From IMG/VR virus record IMGVR_UViG_3300028653_000011: a stretch of 64,000 bases of DNA, one strand, 5' to 3'. A program made the translations under genes and the position numbers. Positions 8,766 through 19,900 of the stretch are shown piece by piece (within the stretch, counting starts at the first letter, position 1; every line of letters begins with the position of its first letter). The notes beneath the pieces are model-generated. The model worked only from the letters and a program-made list of their open reading frames with translations, was not told the DNA's origin and ran no database searches. Origin of the DNA: a virus (taxonomy: Duplodnaviria; Heunggongvirae; Uroviricota; Caudoviricetes).

Positions 8766-10445
8766 ATGGTACAGCCTGATTATCAGCAATATTTTCCATT
8801 TGCGTCAATTCGAGATGAACAACGTGCCGCGATTGAATTTGTACTTGATGCATTCCTGGTTAAAAACAAGCGTTTTTGTATACTAGAGATCGGCACAGGC
8901 GGAGGTAAATCTGCCATCGGCGTGACGCTCGCGCGCTATCTTGCTGAGCACGGTGGAAAGACAGTTGCGCCCCCGATACTGGGGTTTGAGGACGGCGATG
9001 ACATTGAGACGACGGGAGCTTACGTCCTGACGACGCAGAAGATCCTGCAACAACAATACATGACTGACTTCGGTCCATCGTCGGGTCGCAACCTGATGAG
9101 GTCGTTGAAATCAGCCAACAACTATGAGTGCAGGTTCTACAGTGATCAAACGTGTGCAGAGTCACGACGATTGTTGAAACAGTTGGGAAAGCAACTCGAG
9201 GGTACAGAATTTCACAAGTGTTGCAGGGGTAGTTGTCCATACATGATTGACAAGCAGGAGTTCATTGAATTTCCGGTTGGCATCACCAACTTTTCGTATT
9301 TCATGGCTGAGACGATGTATGCCAAGCAGTTGCAACCAAGATCACTAATGATAATTGACGAGGCACATAACATCGAGTCAGAGTTGGGAAAATTCGTTGA
9401 AGTAACCTTCTCGGAGAGGTTTGCTAAGCAACTGGGATGTAAGGTACCCAAGCTGAACACTCCTGAGGATGTCATTACGTGGATCAGCGGGCCTTACAAG
9501 AAGGCCGTGACCAAGTCAATGAATGAGCTGGGCAAAAAGTTGTCCGTACACTTTGATAACGTTGCGACCGCTGGATTGGGTGACGTTAGCAAGAAATTTG
9601 AGATGCTCGACAAGCACTTGTGTAAGGTCAATCGCTTCATCGAAACTTATGATCCTACCAATTGGATTATGAATCCTGTCAAGACGCCGGCAAATGAAGC
9701 CCGTGGCGGGCGCAAGTTTGAGTTTAAACCCGTTGATGTGTCAGGATTTGGTCATGAACACCTCTATCGATTTGGTAGTCGTGTCATCATGATGTCAGCA
9801 TCAATCGTTGACAAGGACACCTTTTGCAAGTCGATAGGCGTGGTTCCTTCCGATGTGGCCTACCTCAAATTACCATCGCCATTTCCTGTTGAAAATCGTC
9901 CTATCCATTACTTGGGTGTGGGTAGCATGTCAATGAATTGCATTGACCAGACATTGCCCAAGCTCGCAGCGACAGTCAAGGACTTGCTTGAGTTACACAA
10001 GACCGACAAGGGCATCATCCATGCCGGGACATATAAGACGGCGCAGTACCTCATTGATCACGTCAAATCGACACGTTTGTTGCTGCATAATAGCGAGAAT
10101 CGCGAAGAAACAATTCACTTGCACCTGCAGAGTCCCAATCCAACAGTTCTAGTTAGTCCTTCAATGACTGAAGGTGTTGACTTAGCTGACGACGCCAGCA
10201 GGTTTCAGATCCTATGCAAAGTACCTTTCCCATACCTAGGTGACAAGGTTATTCAACTTCGAAAAGCCAGGAATTCAAGTTGGTATGCATGCCAGACGGC
10301 ACGTACAATCATTCAAGCTTTGGGTCGATCTATCCGCAACGAGGCTGATCATGCCACGTCATACATTCTCGACGCAGACTGGCTTCGCTTTTATCGAACC
10401 AATGCAGCAATGTTTCCTCCGGAATTTTTACTTGCATTATCATAA
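8766..10445 (+). CDS. DinG/XPD(Rad3)-family SF2 helicase
   Basis: Q-motif, Walker A GTGGGKS, Cys cluster (Fe-S), DEAH, EGVD, KVPFP, QALGRSIR. Confidence 0.9.
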   Translation: MVQPDYQQYFPFASIRDEQRAAIEFVLDAFLVKNKRFCILEIGTGGGKSAIGVTLARYLAEHGGKTVAPPILGFEDGDDIETTGAYVLTTQKILQQQYMTDFGPSSGRNLMRSLKSANNYECRFYSDQTCAESRRLLKQLGKQLEGTEFHKCCRGSCPYMIDKQEFIEFPVGITNFSYFMAETMYAKQLQPRSLMIIDEAHNIESELGKFVEVTFSERFAKQLGCKVPKLNTPEDVITWISGPYKKAVTKSMNELGKKLSVHFDNVATAGLGDVSKKFEMLDKHLCKVNRFIETYDPTNWIMNPVKTPANEARGGRKFEFKPVDVSGFGHEHLYRFGSRVIMMSASIVDKDTFCKSIGVVPSDVAYLKLPSPFPVENRPIHYLGVGSMSMNCIDQTLPKLAATVKDLLELHKTDKGIIHAGTYKTAQYLIDHVKSTRLLLHNSENREETIHLHLQSPNPTVLVSPSMTEGVDLADDASRFQILCKVPFPYLGDKVIQLRKARNSSWYACQTARTIIQALGRSIRNEADHATSYILDADWLRFYRTNAAMFPPEFLLALS

Positions 10446-10526
10446 CCATTCAGTGTGACTCAAGAGCCATGTCTGTTTTACAGACTACACCAGAGTGGTA
10501 TCATTGTCGGTGGAGGATCTTACATA

Positions 10527-10739
10527 ATGGAAACTGACAATCAAGTGATCGCAAAGTGGAATGAAATCAAAGAATTGATGGCATCGCACGAACTCGACGT
10601 TGCCAAGAATGCACGTGGTACGGCAGCAGCTGGTCTTCGTGTTCGAAAATGCTTGCGTGAGGTGCGAAACAAGGCGGCCGCGCTGGTCAAGTTGACGATT
10701 GAACTTGACAAGGGTAAGAAATCACAACCCACGGAATAG
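10527..10739 (+). CDS. Hc1-like (histone H1-like) nucleoid protein
   Basis: DVAKNARGTAAAGLRVRK..L.EV pattern resembling the Hc1 N-terminal domain; GGAGG SD. Confidence 0.65.
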   Translation: METDNQVIAKWNEIKELMASHELDVAKNARGTAAAGLRVRKCLREVRNKAAALVKLTIELDKGKKSQPTE

Positions 10740-10752
10740 GCTTAATTTCGTT

Positions 10753-10783
10753 GATGAAACCTCGGCATGATCGAGGTTTTGTC
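10753..10783. terminator. Hairpin terminator between convergent genes
   Basis: AAACCTCG-loop-CGAGGTTTT inverted repeat. Confidence 0.65.
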
Positions 10784-10798
10784 GTTTAAGAAACATGA

Positions 10799-11077
10799 TC
10801 AACTATTGTTTCGAATCTTTTCAAAAATGCTTTTTTCGATTTGACAAATTCTCATCCTGGTTAGGCCATAGATTTGACCAATGTGTTGTAGCGTGTGTGG
10901 TCCATCTTGTGCAGCAATGTGTACACAATTATGGCCTTTAGCATATGAAATCCAGTGAGGACATCTGCTTCGTTGACAATCTACGTCTGCCTTTGCATGC
11001 ACCGCAAAACAGGTGGTACCGTCAACGACTTTATGTTCATTTTGAACGACCTTCAAGTGTTTCTTATTTTCTTGCAT
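10799..11077 (-). CDS. Cys-rich protein with a sigma-70 region-4 HTH
   Basis: HTLQHIGQIYGLTRMRICQIEK matches the sigma R4 pattern TLxEIGxxxxxTRERIRQIE; four Cys upstream of the HTH. Confidence 0.75.
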   Translation of the reverse strand: MQENKKHLKVVQNEHKVVDGTTCFAVHAKADVDCQRSRCPHWISYAKGHNCVHIAAQDGPHTLQHIGQIYGLTRMRICQIEKSIFEKIRNNS

Positions 11078-11141
11078 GGTGGGGTGACCTACCTAATATA
11101 ATGCAACATAGAACCCTCGTGTACAAGAGATTCAAGGTGAA

Positions 11142-12590
11142 ATGACAATTTCAACTGATCACGGGACGCCGGCACTTGATACTGCAATCCCAGAACAAGG
11201 TCACAAAAAAATCTATGTGCTAGACACAAATGTATTGCTCAGCGATTCCAATTCAATTTATTCGTTCGATGAACACGATCTAATCATTCCCATGGCAGTG
11301 CTTGAGGAGTTAGATCAACATAAGAGTCGCCAAGATGAAGTGGGCCGTAATGCTCGGCACGTCAGTCGGACGCTTGATGATCTACGTGCACAAGGAAATT
11401 TGGTCGATGGCATTGACCTCCATTCAGGTGGAAGGTTGAGGATTATGTCGATTGGTACGTCTGTCTTTCAGAATATGCCAGTGGAACTCAAAGAGCAGAA
11501 GGTCGACAACCTGATCATCGCCTTCATGCTTCAACTACAGAAGAACGGTGAACGAGCAATTTTGGTGTCGAAGGACATTAATGTCAGGCTCAAGTGCGAT
11601 GCGCTGAGCATCAAGTGTGAAGACTACCTCAAGATGAGGGTCACGGATAATCCAGAAAAGTTCTATAAGGGCGTTGACGTCATTGAGCTTGATGAAGAAC
11701 TCATCGATCGTTTCTATCGGACCGGTGAATTGGATCTACCACCACACGTGTTGAAGGGTCGCAAGCTATATCCCAACCAGATCATCGTCATCAAGAACGT
11801 CTGTGACGGTCAAACAATCAAGTCAGCGCTAACCAAGTGTGTCGATCCTCTGAAGCCATTGGTTCCTATTGCTAAGATCGAGCAGGCCTTTGGTCTCAAA
11901 CCTCGAAACAAAGAGCAGACATTTTCACTAGATTTGTTGTTTGATGACAACATACGTCTATTGACGCTCATTGGACCATCTGGTTGCGGAAAGACGTTAT
12001 TGGCGCTAGCTGCAGGTCTTGAACAGTTGAAAGGTTTGGGATCTCCACACACCGCGCGCTACGATAAATTGATCGTCACTCGACCAGTTCAACCGGTCGG
12101 TAAAGACATCGGTTTTTTGCCTGGTACGCTCGAAGAGAAGATGGAACCATGGATCGCGCCCATCCGTGACAACCTGAATTTTTTGATGGACAGTCGAAGG
12201 AGTCGACCCCGACGAAAACGGCCGACCGACGAGAAGCCCACCGGCGATGACAACATGTACCTAAAACTGATGCAGGAGCGCGGCTTGATTGAGATTGAGG
12301 CGATCACGTTCATCAGAGGGCGGTCGATCCCAAATGCCTTCATCATCATTGATGAGGCACAAAATTTGTCAATGCATGAGCTGAAGACGATCATCACACG
12401 GGTGGGTGATAACACCAAGATCATCCTGACGGGCGACATTGAACAGATCGACAATTCTCACGTCGACATGTATACCAATGGTCTGACGTGTGCCATCGAA
12501 AAATTCAAGGATCATGCAATTGCCGGCCATGTAGCCTTCATCAAGGGCGAGCGCTCAGAATTGGCGACACTAGCCAGTAGAATATTGTGA
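11142..12590 (+). CDS. phoH: PIN-PhoH (PhoH2-type) ATPase
   Basis: YVLDTNVL PIN domain; GPSGCGKT, IGFLPG, IRGRS, IIDEAQN, TGDIEQID. Confidence 0.93.
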   Translation: MTISTDHGTPALDTAIPEQGHKKIYVLDTNVLLSDSNSIYSFDEHDLIIPMAVLEELDQHKSRQDEVGRNARHVSRTLDDLRAQGNLVDGIDLHSGGRLRIMSIGTSVFQNMPVELKEQKVDNLIIAFMLQLQKNGERAILVSKDINVRLKCDALSIKCEDYLKMRVTDNPEKFYKGVDVIELDEELIDRFYRTGELDLPPHVLKGRKLYPNQIIVIKNVCDGQTIKSALTKCVDPLKPLVPIAKIEQAFGLKPRNKEQTFSLDLLFDDNIRLLTLIGPSGCGKTLLALAAGLEQLKGLGSPHTARYDKLIVTRPVQPVGKDIGFLPGTLEEKMEPWIAPIRDNLNFLMDSRRSRPRRKRPTDEKPTGDDNMYLKLMQERGLIEIEAITFIRGRSIPNAFIIIDEAQNLSMHELKTIITRVGDNTKIILTGDIEQIDNSHVDMYTNGLTCAIEKFKDHAIAGHVAFIKGERSELATLASRIL

Positions 12591-12619
12591 GTTAGCAACA
12601 CTGGCAACATAGTTATGTC

Positions 12620-13366
12620 ATGACACAAGTGATGACTGAGGTGTTCTATGGTTATAAACACTGGACGCTTGAAGATCAACCACGTTGTTTCAACGTTGGA
12701 AGAGGTCGTAAAGGTCGGCCTGAGAGCTTAGCTCGTAATCACAAGTGGCACGGGATTGTGAAGCGTTATGGTCTTCGTGTTGAGATTATCGTTGGTTTTA
12801 AGTGTGGCAACCATGTGCACGACTTAGGAGAAAAGTGTCATGCTAACGAAGAAGCAAATTCTTGGGAGGTTGAATGGGTTGTTAAGGAGAACACGTTCTC
12901 GATAAACCATTCACATGATGATCCGAATGATATCGGGTGCAACTTCACAAGAGGTGGAGGCGGCGTAGCAGGTTGGATACCTTCTGAAGAATCTAAACGT
13001 AAAAATAGTGAATCAAACAAGATTTCTACAGCGGGCGAGAAAAATGGAATGTTTGGGAAGAAGCAAAAACCTGAAACAATAGCCAAAATTGTAGCGAAAA
13101 ATATTGGACGAAAGGATTCGGAAGAAACACGTCTCAAAAAAAGTAAAGCGAACACGGGCAGAAGTCATCCCGTATCAGAAGAAACGAAACAAAAATTATC
13201 TGAACTTCGCAAGGGAAAATCACCGTGGAATAAAGGAAAAAAGTTTGGTCCTAGGGAAATACCTCGTGAGTTCTCAGAACAAGCATGTAAAAATATATCG
13301 GAAGGCCACATGGGCGTTGCTCCGTGGAATAAGGGAAAGAAAACTGGAAAACGGCGCAAGGTGTGA
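12620..13366 (+). mobile_element. Free-standing homing endonuclease (GIY-YIG-like plus NUMOD3 repeats)
   Basis: FYGY..FNVGRG, NFTRGGGG, repeated SEET[RK]xKxS and PWNKGK; AT-rich compared with flanks. Confidence 0.75.
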
Positions 13367-13440
13367 TGCGCTCGCAGATTCTCTGATCGACAGTCCAGCA
13401 CTGGTCTGGGTTGGTTCGTCGGTGTATATTTGTCTTAGGC

Positions 13441-14448
13441 ATGGGCATTCTTGACAACAAGTCTCGCGTCTTAGACACGATTGTGACCCTCGAGGGTCGC
13501 CGTCAGTTGTCGCAAGGTGGACTTGACATCGCGTACTTGTCATTTACCGACGGTGCTACTTTCTACAAGGCGGACGTAGCCAGTGGAAGTCAAGACGCTA
13601 CACAGAGAATTTTCTTCGAATCGTGTCAGTTGCCTCAGGATCAGATCACTTTCCGCGCTGATGATTCGGGTAATGTGTTGCCGTTCGGGAATGCCGACGG
13701 TATTCCACAATCGCCCGGTAAAATTTTGTCGTACACTTACACCGGTGTCAGTAGCACGTTGATCACTGACACTGCATCACAGAATACGTCGGCCTCACGG
13801 GGTCAATCATTTTCGGGGCATGTTGATGAACTGCTTGCTTCATCGGCCGACAATTTTCAGCGGTTGCGGGTCATCTCCACTCAAAACCAGTATTTTGAGG
13901 ACGGTGCATTTGGCTTGGGCCCAGAACAGGTGACATTCACCATTACCAACAACAAACCAATCAGCGATGCGAACCAATATGCCACTCACGTCAGTGCGCT
14001 GGATAGCATCTTCAGCGATCCTAGGTTCAGTAATTTGCCCAATTTCAAGTACTTGCCACCCACCAACAAGGTGTCAAATGCTGCCCTTGATCTGACCGAT
14101 CACCAAGCCACGAGCCAAATACAACTCGCTTCCTATGCTCCTTGGGGGCGTACGCAAGCCTTTGGATTGTCGTATGCACAGGTGATGCACGAGTTGCAGT
14201 ACTATGAACTGTTGGGTTACATGAGAACGTTCAACTTTGATCCCACCTCAATTCAAAACACGCTGGTCGGTCAATTCTTTGAGAAGAACTTTGACACGCT
14301 TCGAAAGCTTGACGTTGTTGATTATGGTCGTCACCGCACCGGTAGTCCGGCCGCTCCGACGGCCCACATCTTTTTTGTGGGCAAAGTTCAGGTAGATGAG
14401 AAGGGCACTGACACATTTCTTCACCTGTTTACGCTGGTCTTTGAGTGA
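13441..14448 (+). CDS. Putative virion structural protein (paralog of 23954-24670)
   Basis: N-terminus MGILDN..RVLDTIVTLEGRRQL is shared with MGWLDN..LILDACLTDVGRQFL. Confidence 0.7.
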   Translation: MGILDNKSRVLDTIVTLEGRRQLSQGGLDIAYLSFTDGATFYKADVASGSQDATQRIFFESCQLPQDQITFRADDSGNVLPFGNADGIPQSPGKILSYTYTGVSSTLITDTASQNTSASRGQSFSGHVDELLASSADNFQRLRVISTQNQYFEDGAFGLGPEQVTFTITNNKPISDANQYATHVSALDSIFSDPRFSNLPNFKYLPPTNKVSNAALDLTDHQATSQIQLASYAPWGRTQAFGLSYAQVMHELQYYELLGYMRTFNFDPTSIQNTLVGQFFEKNFDTLRKLDVVDYGRHRTGSPAAPTAHIFFVGKVQVDEKGTDTFLHLFTLVFE

Positions 14449-14456
14449 GTTGAACG

Positions 14457-16934
14457 ATGTTCTTTAGGTTCCAACAAGTCGCCAATCTCATCACTGTTGA
14501 TGATGCATATGCTGAATTGATCGAAATATTGCCCTCGGGTGACTTCAAGTTTCAATTCAGTTACACTGTCAATCCAGCATCGGCGATCAATCACGGCGCT
14601 AGTGTCGTCAACGTCAGCGTCATCAGTCGGTATTTACAACCCGTCACCGTCTTGGGTAACACACAACGAGGCACAGTTGATACCACTTCGATGGTCAATA
14701 ACATCAGATCACTGATGCCTAATGCAAAGACGGCATTGCTTCGTCAGGATAAATTTGTGGTCGCATCCAAGCGTAGCAACATCCTTTCATACGTCAATGA
14801 TGAAATCTTGCAGATGGTGCGGGCAAATGTTGCCGCGGAGAATATCCCACAACTCAACACCCCTCAACTCAAGTTAGTGACAGCGGGTGATACGAAACAA
14901 AACAATGATCCACAACCGTTGCTACATCGTGTCGCCAACTCTATGGCGGTCCCCAACATTCAACTCGCGTTGTCGGCGTCCTTTTTGACGCTGCCTCAGA
15001 AGTTGATGCAGGACATGATCACCCGCCAAGGCCTTGATCCTTCGTACATCATGCAGTTGGCGGCCAGAGCACAGTCCGAGGACACAACTCGGGGAGGATT
15101 GAGCAATCCTTCGATGGCGGTTGAATTATCTACTGATCCTGCCACACAGTTGGCCAATTATCACCTCTTTCCTTCAACGTCTACCGTACCACCGACTACC
15201 ACTGATGATGTCACTGATGATGAACTAGTGCAGGTGATGACGACGGTTACTGACCAAACCGTTGAAATTCCTGTAACCATGGTACTTTCACGTGCACTGC
15301 TACGTTCAGAAGGGGCAGCAACCAACTTTTTCGTTCAATTTGACCTGTTGGATTCCGACTCTGGTGAACCCATTGACACTGTCATCAAAACGCTTAATGT
15401 ACCAAAGGAACTACGTGTGTACAATACGCCCAAGTTGTCACCCACGCTGAAAACATCTGTTTCCCCCTTTGCAAGTCGGGCAACGTTGCAGATTCAACAA
15501 GTTGATTCTACAGCCACGGCAGTACAAGTCTTCAAGAAGACCATCTACGCTGCAACGCCTGATCTTGACACTTATGCCTTGATCGGAACGTATCAGACGT
15601 CTAAGCGACAAAATTCGCTTCACGTGCAGGTCGACATGCCCATCTCGTCGGTAATTGTTTACCGCGTCATTCCTGTGGGTCCGCAGAACATTCAGGGGTT
15701 TGAGTTTGCTAGCACCGTGATCAAGCCTCCTCGATTCACACCGACTCGTTCGATTGCATTGACGGGTACGCAAGTCGATCAAGGAATACGTCTCGAAGTG
15801 CGTAATCTTCCGACAAAGTGCGTTGCGATACAGTTTTTGCGGTGGAACATGACGACGCACGATAGTTCATATGTCACTGTCAATGGTGATGTAGGATTCA
15901 TTGATGCTGCTTCTCGAACCGCCGATCTGATCACAACCGTTGACGGCGATGTGCATGCTAATAACGTCTACCGTTACGTCGGTCGCCTGATCTATGAAAA
16001 TGGAGTGACGGTTGACGCGGGCGATGTGACGATAGAGTTCTTGCAACCCGCGCCTGGCAAGGTGAACACGGTGATCGACAACATCATTGTCAATCACGAT
16101 TCAACCCCTGACGTGTCGTTCAACATCAACACCATTACTGCGAACACTGATCTAGACGCAATCAAACAGATGTTGGGCAACCAAGACCTGCAGCAATTCT
16201 TTCAAGGTGACCTGCAAACTCAACGTGATCAACTACAACAGCTAATTGCACACAACGTGCAGCGTGTCGATCTTACTACTGGGATTCGTGAAGATTTTGG
16301 TACAGTGACGGTGTCAAACTTCGTTGATTCAGTCCTACGGAAGAATCGCGCGATCAATCCTCTACAATATGGCCACGTGTATCGTTATGAGATCTATCCG
16401 TTGCTTAGGGCCTCCACGACGATGTTCGAAGCACTGCAACAGAATGCGATAGATCCGACGACAAAGAAGCCATACCAGTTTTCACCATCACAGTTCTTGC
16501 ATCCATTGACGTTGACGAGGGGTGTCATCATCACTCCGCAAGGCGCTTCTCAGCGCTATGCCAAGGATCCCATGTCATTCGGAGCGGTCGGTGATGTGGC
16601 GACAATTGAAGCATCGTTCGACCGTGACACGGCAAAAATTGTGAACCAGACTGCGTCACGTTTCAATCGATCGCTCAACATAATTGCGTGGCAAGTACAG
16701 GGTGACATTGAACAAGTTGACAATTTTCTCATCATGAAGCAGGTCAATGGCGTTCGAACGTTGTTGGGAAAAGCCCACACCCAATTTGCGCAAGGTGCAT
16801 GTCAATACTTTCATGTGCTGACGTCACACGACGTGGGAGCAATTAGTTATGTCATCGTGCCCGTGATGAACAGTTATGCCGTGGGGACTCCCGCATTGAC
16901 AAATTCAGTGATCGTGGACGTGCCATGGCAATGA
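14457..16934 (+). CDS. Large beta-rich putative virion protein (FN3/Ig-like segments)
   Basis: 825 aa; repeated YRV/YRY strand motifs; lies in the structural block. Confidence 0.65.
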   Translation: MFFRFQQVANLITVDDAYAELIEILPSGDFKFQFSYTVNPASAINHGASVVNVSVISRYLQPVTVLGNTQRGTVDTTSMVNNIRSLMPNAKTALLRQDKFVVASKRSNILSYVNDEILQMVRANVAAENIPQLNTPQLKLVTAGDTKQNNDPQPLLHRVANSMAVPNIQLALSASFLTLPQKLMQDMITRQGLDPSYIMQLAARAQSEDTTRGGLSNPSMAVELSTDPATQLANYHLFPSTSTVPPTTTDDVTDDELVQVMTTVTDQTVEIPVTMVLSRALLRSEGAATNFFVQFDLLDSDSGEPIDTVIKTLNVPKELRVYNTPKLSPTLKTSVSPFASRATLQIQQVDSTATAVQVFKKTIYAATPDLDTYALIGTYQTSKRQNSLHVQVDMPISSVIVYRVIPVGPQNIQGFEFASTVIKPPRFTPTRSIALTGTQVDQGIRLEVRNLPTKCVAIQFLRWNMTTHDSSYVTVNGDVGFIDAASRTADLITTVDGDVHANNVYRYVGRLIYENGVTVDAGDVTIEFLQPAPGKVNTVIDNIIVNHDSTPDVSFNINTITANTDLDAIKQMLGNQDLQQFFQGDLQTQRDQLQQLIAHNVQRVDLTTGIREDFGTVTVSNFVDSVLRKNRAINPLQYGHVYRYEIYPLLRASTTMFEALQQNAIDPTTKKPYQFSPSQFLHPLTLTRGVIITPQGASQRYAKDPMSFGAVGDVATIEASFDRDTAKIVNQTASRFNRSLNIIAWQVQGDIEQVDNFLIMKQVNGVRTLLGKAHTQFAQGACQYFHVLTSHDVGAISYVIVPVMNSYAVGTPALTNSVIVDVPWQ

Positions 16935-19900
16935 TAGCTTCGCTGCGCGTGAACAATGCCACGACGGCTAACTTGGGCAATGTGGCGATTCAACCGGTGA
17001 CGACGACGCCGGGAGCACAGGCCAACAAGCAATTGACCACGCCCGTGACCGCGATCTCTTCGCACCCGCTACCGGCATATCAAGCCCCAGTGGGTTTGCC
17101 CATCATTATCGTGAAGGGAGCCATTACTCTCAAGAATGACTTGTCCGTCTCCGTCGCCGACGTTGTCAAGCAGATGACGGCACCTCGCATGGTCATTCCA
17201 TTGACGAATGGCGTCAATACGATCATGCCCACGTTCAACTTGGCCCTCAATGCCGGCAAGCAGAACGATCCACGCTTGACGTTGGGATTTATCGAGACGG
17301 CGACCAATTTTCAACCCTACGAACAATTGACAGGCATCTCTCAAGAGCGGCCTGAAGTCGTCATGTTGTCGCATTTTTTGCCCCTGTTTGACCACGATGC
17401 TGTCGGTGCTTCTCCTAACTTCATTGGTCTCATTGAGGCCGGTGGCATCAATTCTTATATGACTGACGCTGGTAAGTACCTCGACGCTCAGATCAACATT
17501 CGTAACCTCCGATCGTTCAACACACAGTCATTGATCACACAATTGAAGGCACGTTATGCCAACATCGCTAAGCAGTTCAACGATCGTGAAGCCGCATTTT
17601 CGTCGGCCTTAAGTGCACTCAACGTTGATGCATCATTCTTGTTGAACTTGGTCAGGATCATTGAATCACAGAAGGCGCAGCTTGATCTCAGGCACGACAT
17701 CTATCTCATCGATCCCACTCAAGTTGGCAGCTTGAACAGCACGAACTTTGCTCAGCAACAGGTCAGTACTAATGCACAGGTTGGGGGTTCAAGGGCACCA
17801 ACCTCAAATTTTGCGAAGTTGGCACAGCGACTCAAGCCCAAGTATGACTTTGTTGACGTGTTGGTCGAATTGGGTTACAAGCAGGACACCGTCGCGAAAG
17901 TCTATGCCTCGTCTAAAATTTGGATGCAGGTCTTGGTGGAGCTGTCGTATGCTCTCAAGTATCACACCCTACAATTCTTGGACATCGATCCGTCGAGTCA
18001 GCGAAATGACACCAACCCATCGACGATTTTATTGCCTCAGGCTAATCGGTTTAGCCTGGCGTTGTCGCTACCCAACCTCGCCAACCTTGACGAGCTTAGT
18101 AACCTGCAGGTTGCACAAGCACAGGACACGCTGGGGACGATTAGGCCTGCGTACAACCTCATCTATCAGAATGTGTTGTTTAAGGATGAAGAAGCACGCA
18201 TTGCGGCTCTTGCTCACCTATTGACGTCGGAGTACCGATATTCACAGGGCCTAACCAACGACTCGACCCGCCGAATACTCCGTGATTTTTATGGCTTCAC
18301 CGTCTCTGATCAGGGTGGCAATTCATCGCTCTTTGACTCAATCATCGGCAAATTTGGCAACAACATCACCGATTTCCCATCACAGGCGACCAATGTCCTG
18401 ACGTCGATTGCACAACAGATTTCGGGCGACACCGGCGTCCTGACGTTCGAGACCAAGTACGTTGAAGGTGACACGGGCACTACGACGCCCGGAGGTGATT
18501 ATTACTTCGATCAGATCCTGCAGACCGATGGGACGAAGTTCAACACGACGAACATTGATGCTCTCGCTCTCGTACTTGAGCGGTCACACGATGCTTTTAG
18601 CATCGTGGTAGATGGACTCAAGCTGATGGCCGATTACGGCCGCGATGGCGTCATCCTAAATAACACATCCGCGTTGCTAGATGCTATCAAGACCAAATTA
18701 GTGGATGCGTCGGGTACCACATCTCAGATGCTCCAGAACGACAAGTTGGCCGCCGTCTTTGCCTATGCCAGGAACGACAACAACGTTAAGTCGACGTTGT
18801 TTCTCTACATAATCAGCAAGATCTCCCGGAGTTATGGCATCAATGTGCCGGGCTTTGCCTCGTCACCGACGGCTGATAACACTCCGCTCGTTGACTATTT
18901 GGTTGAGTTGGTCAATCAATCGCTGGCGGCGTCGGTACCGACGTCTCGCACGACGATCCAATTCATCAATGATGAAGGATTGAACAATGTCGTCACCACT
19001 GCACTGACGCCAGAAGCCATCGCGACGGCGCTCAAGTCAGGCACTGAATTGACGACGTACATTCAACAATTGATGAGCCAAATCCTCATCCAATTTCGTG
19101 TCACCACGACGGCAATCAACAAGGGTTATACCCGTTTCAATGGTTACATCGACACGACGGTGTTGATGGTGGCGTTTGATCTGATCATTGCGATGGTTGC
19201 CCGTTATGGCAACACTAGCATCGTCGGCACGACGTCAGATCAAACGACGATCACGGCAGGCTTGACCAACTATACCATCGCGCGTAGCGGCACTGGCAAC
19301 GCTGATTCCATCCGCGAGTTGTCGGAACGTGCCGATGGTGAAGATGCTCGAGTGCAACAGATGATCCTCGCCATCATCGGCGGAATGAAGGCATTGAATG
19401 CTTCATTGAAGTTGATCAGCAACTACCTCAAGTCTCCTCCTGCAATTCAACACTTGCAGGACATTGCGACCATCTTGAACCATGATCAACAGCTGTTGGG
19501 CATGCTGTTTTCCGAACAACAGATCATGATGTTGGCTGCGTCGGTTCAAAATTTGCTAGCGGCGTCAGCACCCACGCAACCTACGTCTAAGGCCAAGGCT
19601 AGTCAAGGCATATCAGGTACCCCCAAGAAGGTGCAGGTGCTCGATGAATCACAAATCTCACCGGCCCTTCGAGCGGCGCTGTTTGGTTATTTCGGGACCG
19701 ATCAATTTGCAACCGTCAAAGGCACCAATAAGCGGATCTTAACGGTGGGAGTTCCATTGGGATTCACCCAACGCCTCAAGCAGAAAGTCAACATTCAACA
19801 ACAACAGCGTGCATCATTCCAAAATCGTCGTAATGACATTGTCAATGTCTGTGTCTATAAGATTGACCTGGTCAATAGCGACATCATCTATAAACCCCAA

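Noticed and set aside
4837-12590. Bacterial chromosomal segment or prophage boundary (groEL, clpP, dinG, phoH)
   Set aside because: These genes are divergent, interleaved with phage-type hypotheticals, share the phage promoter motifs and lack bacterial operon context
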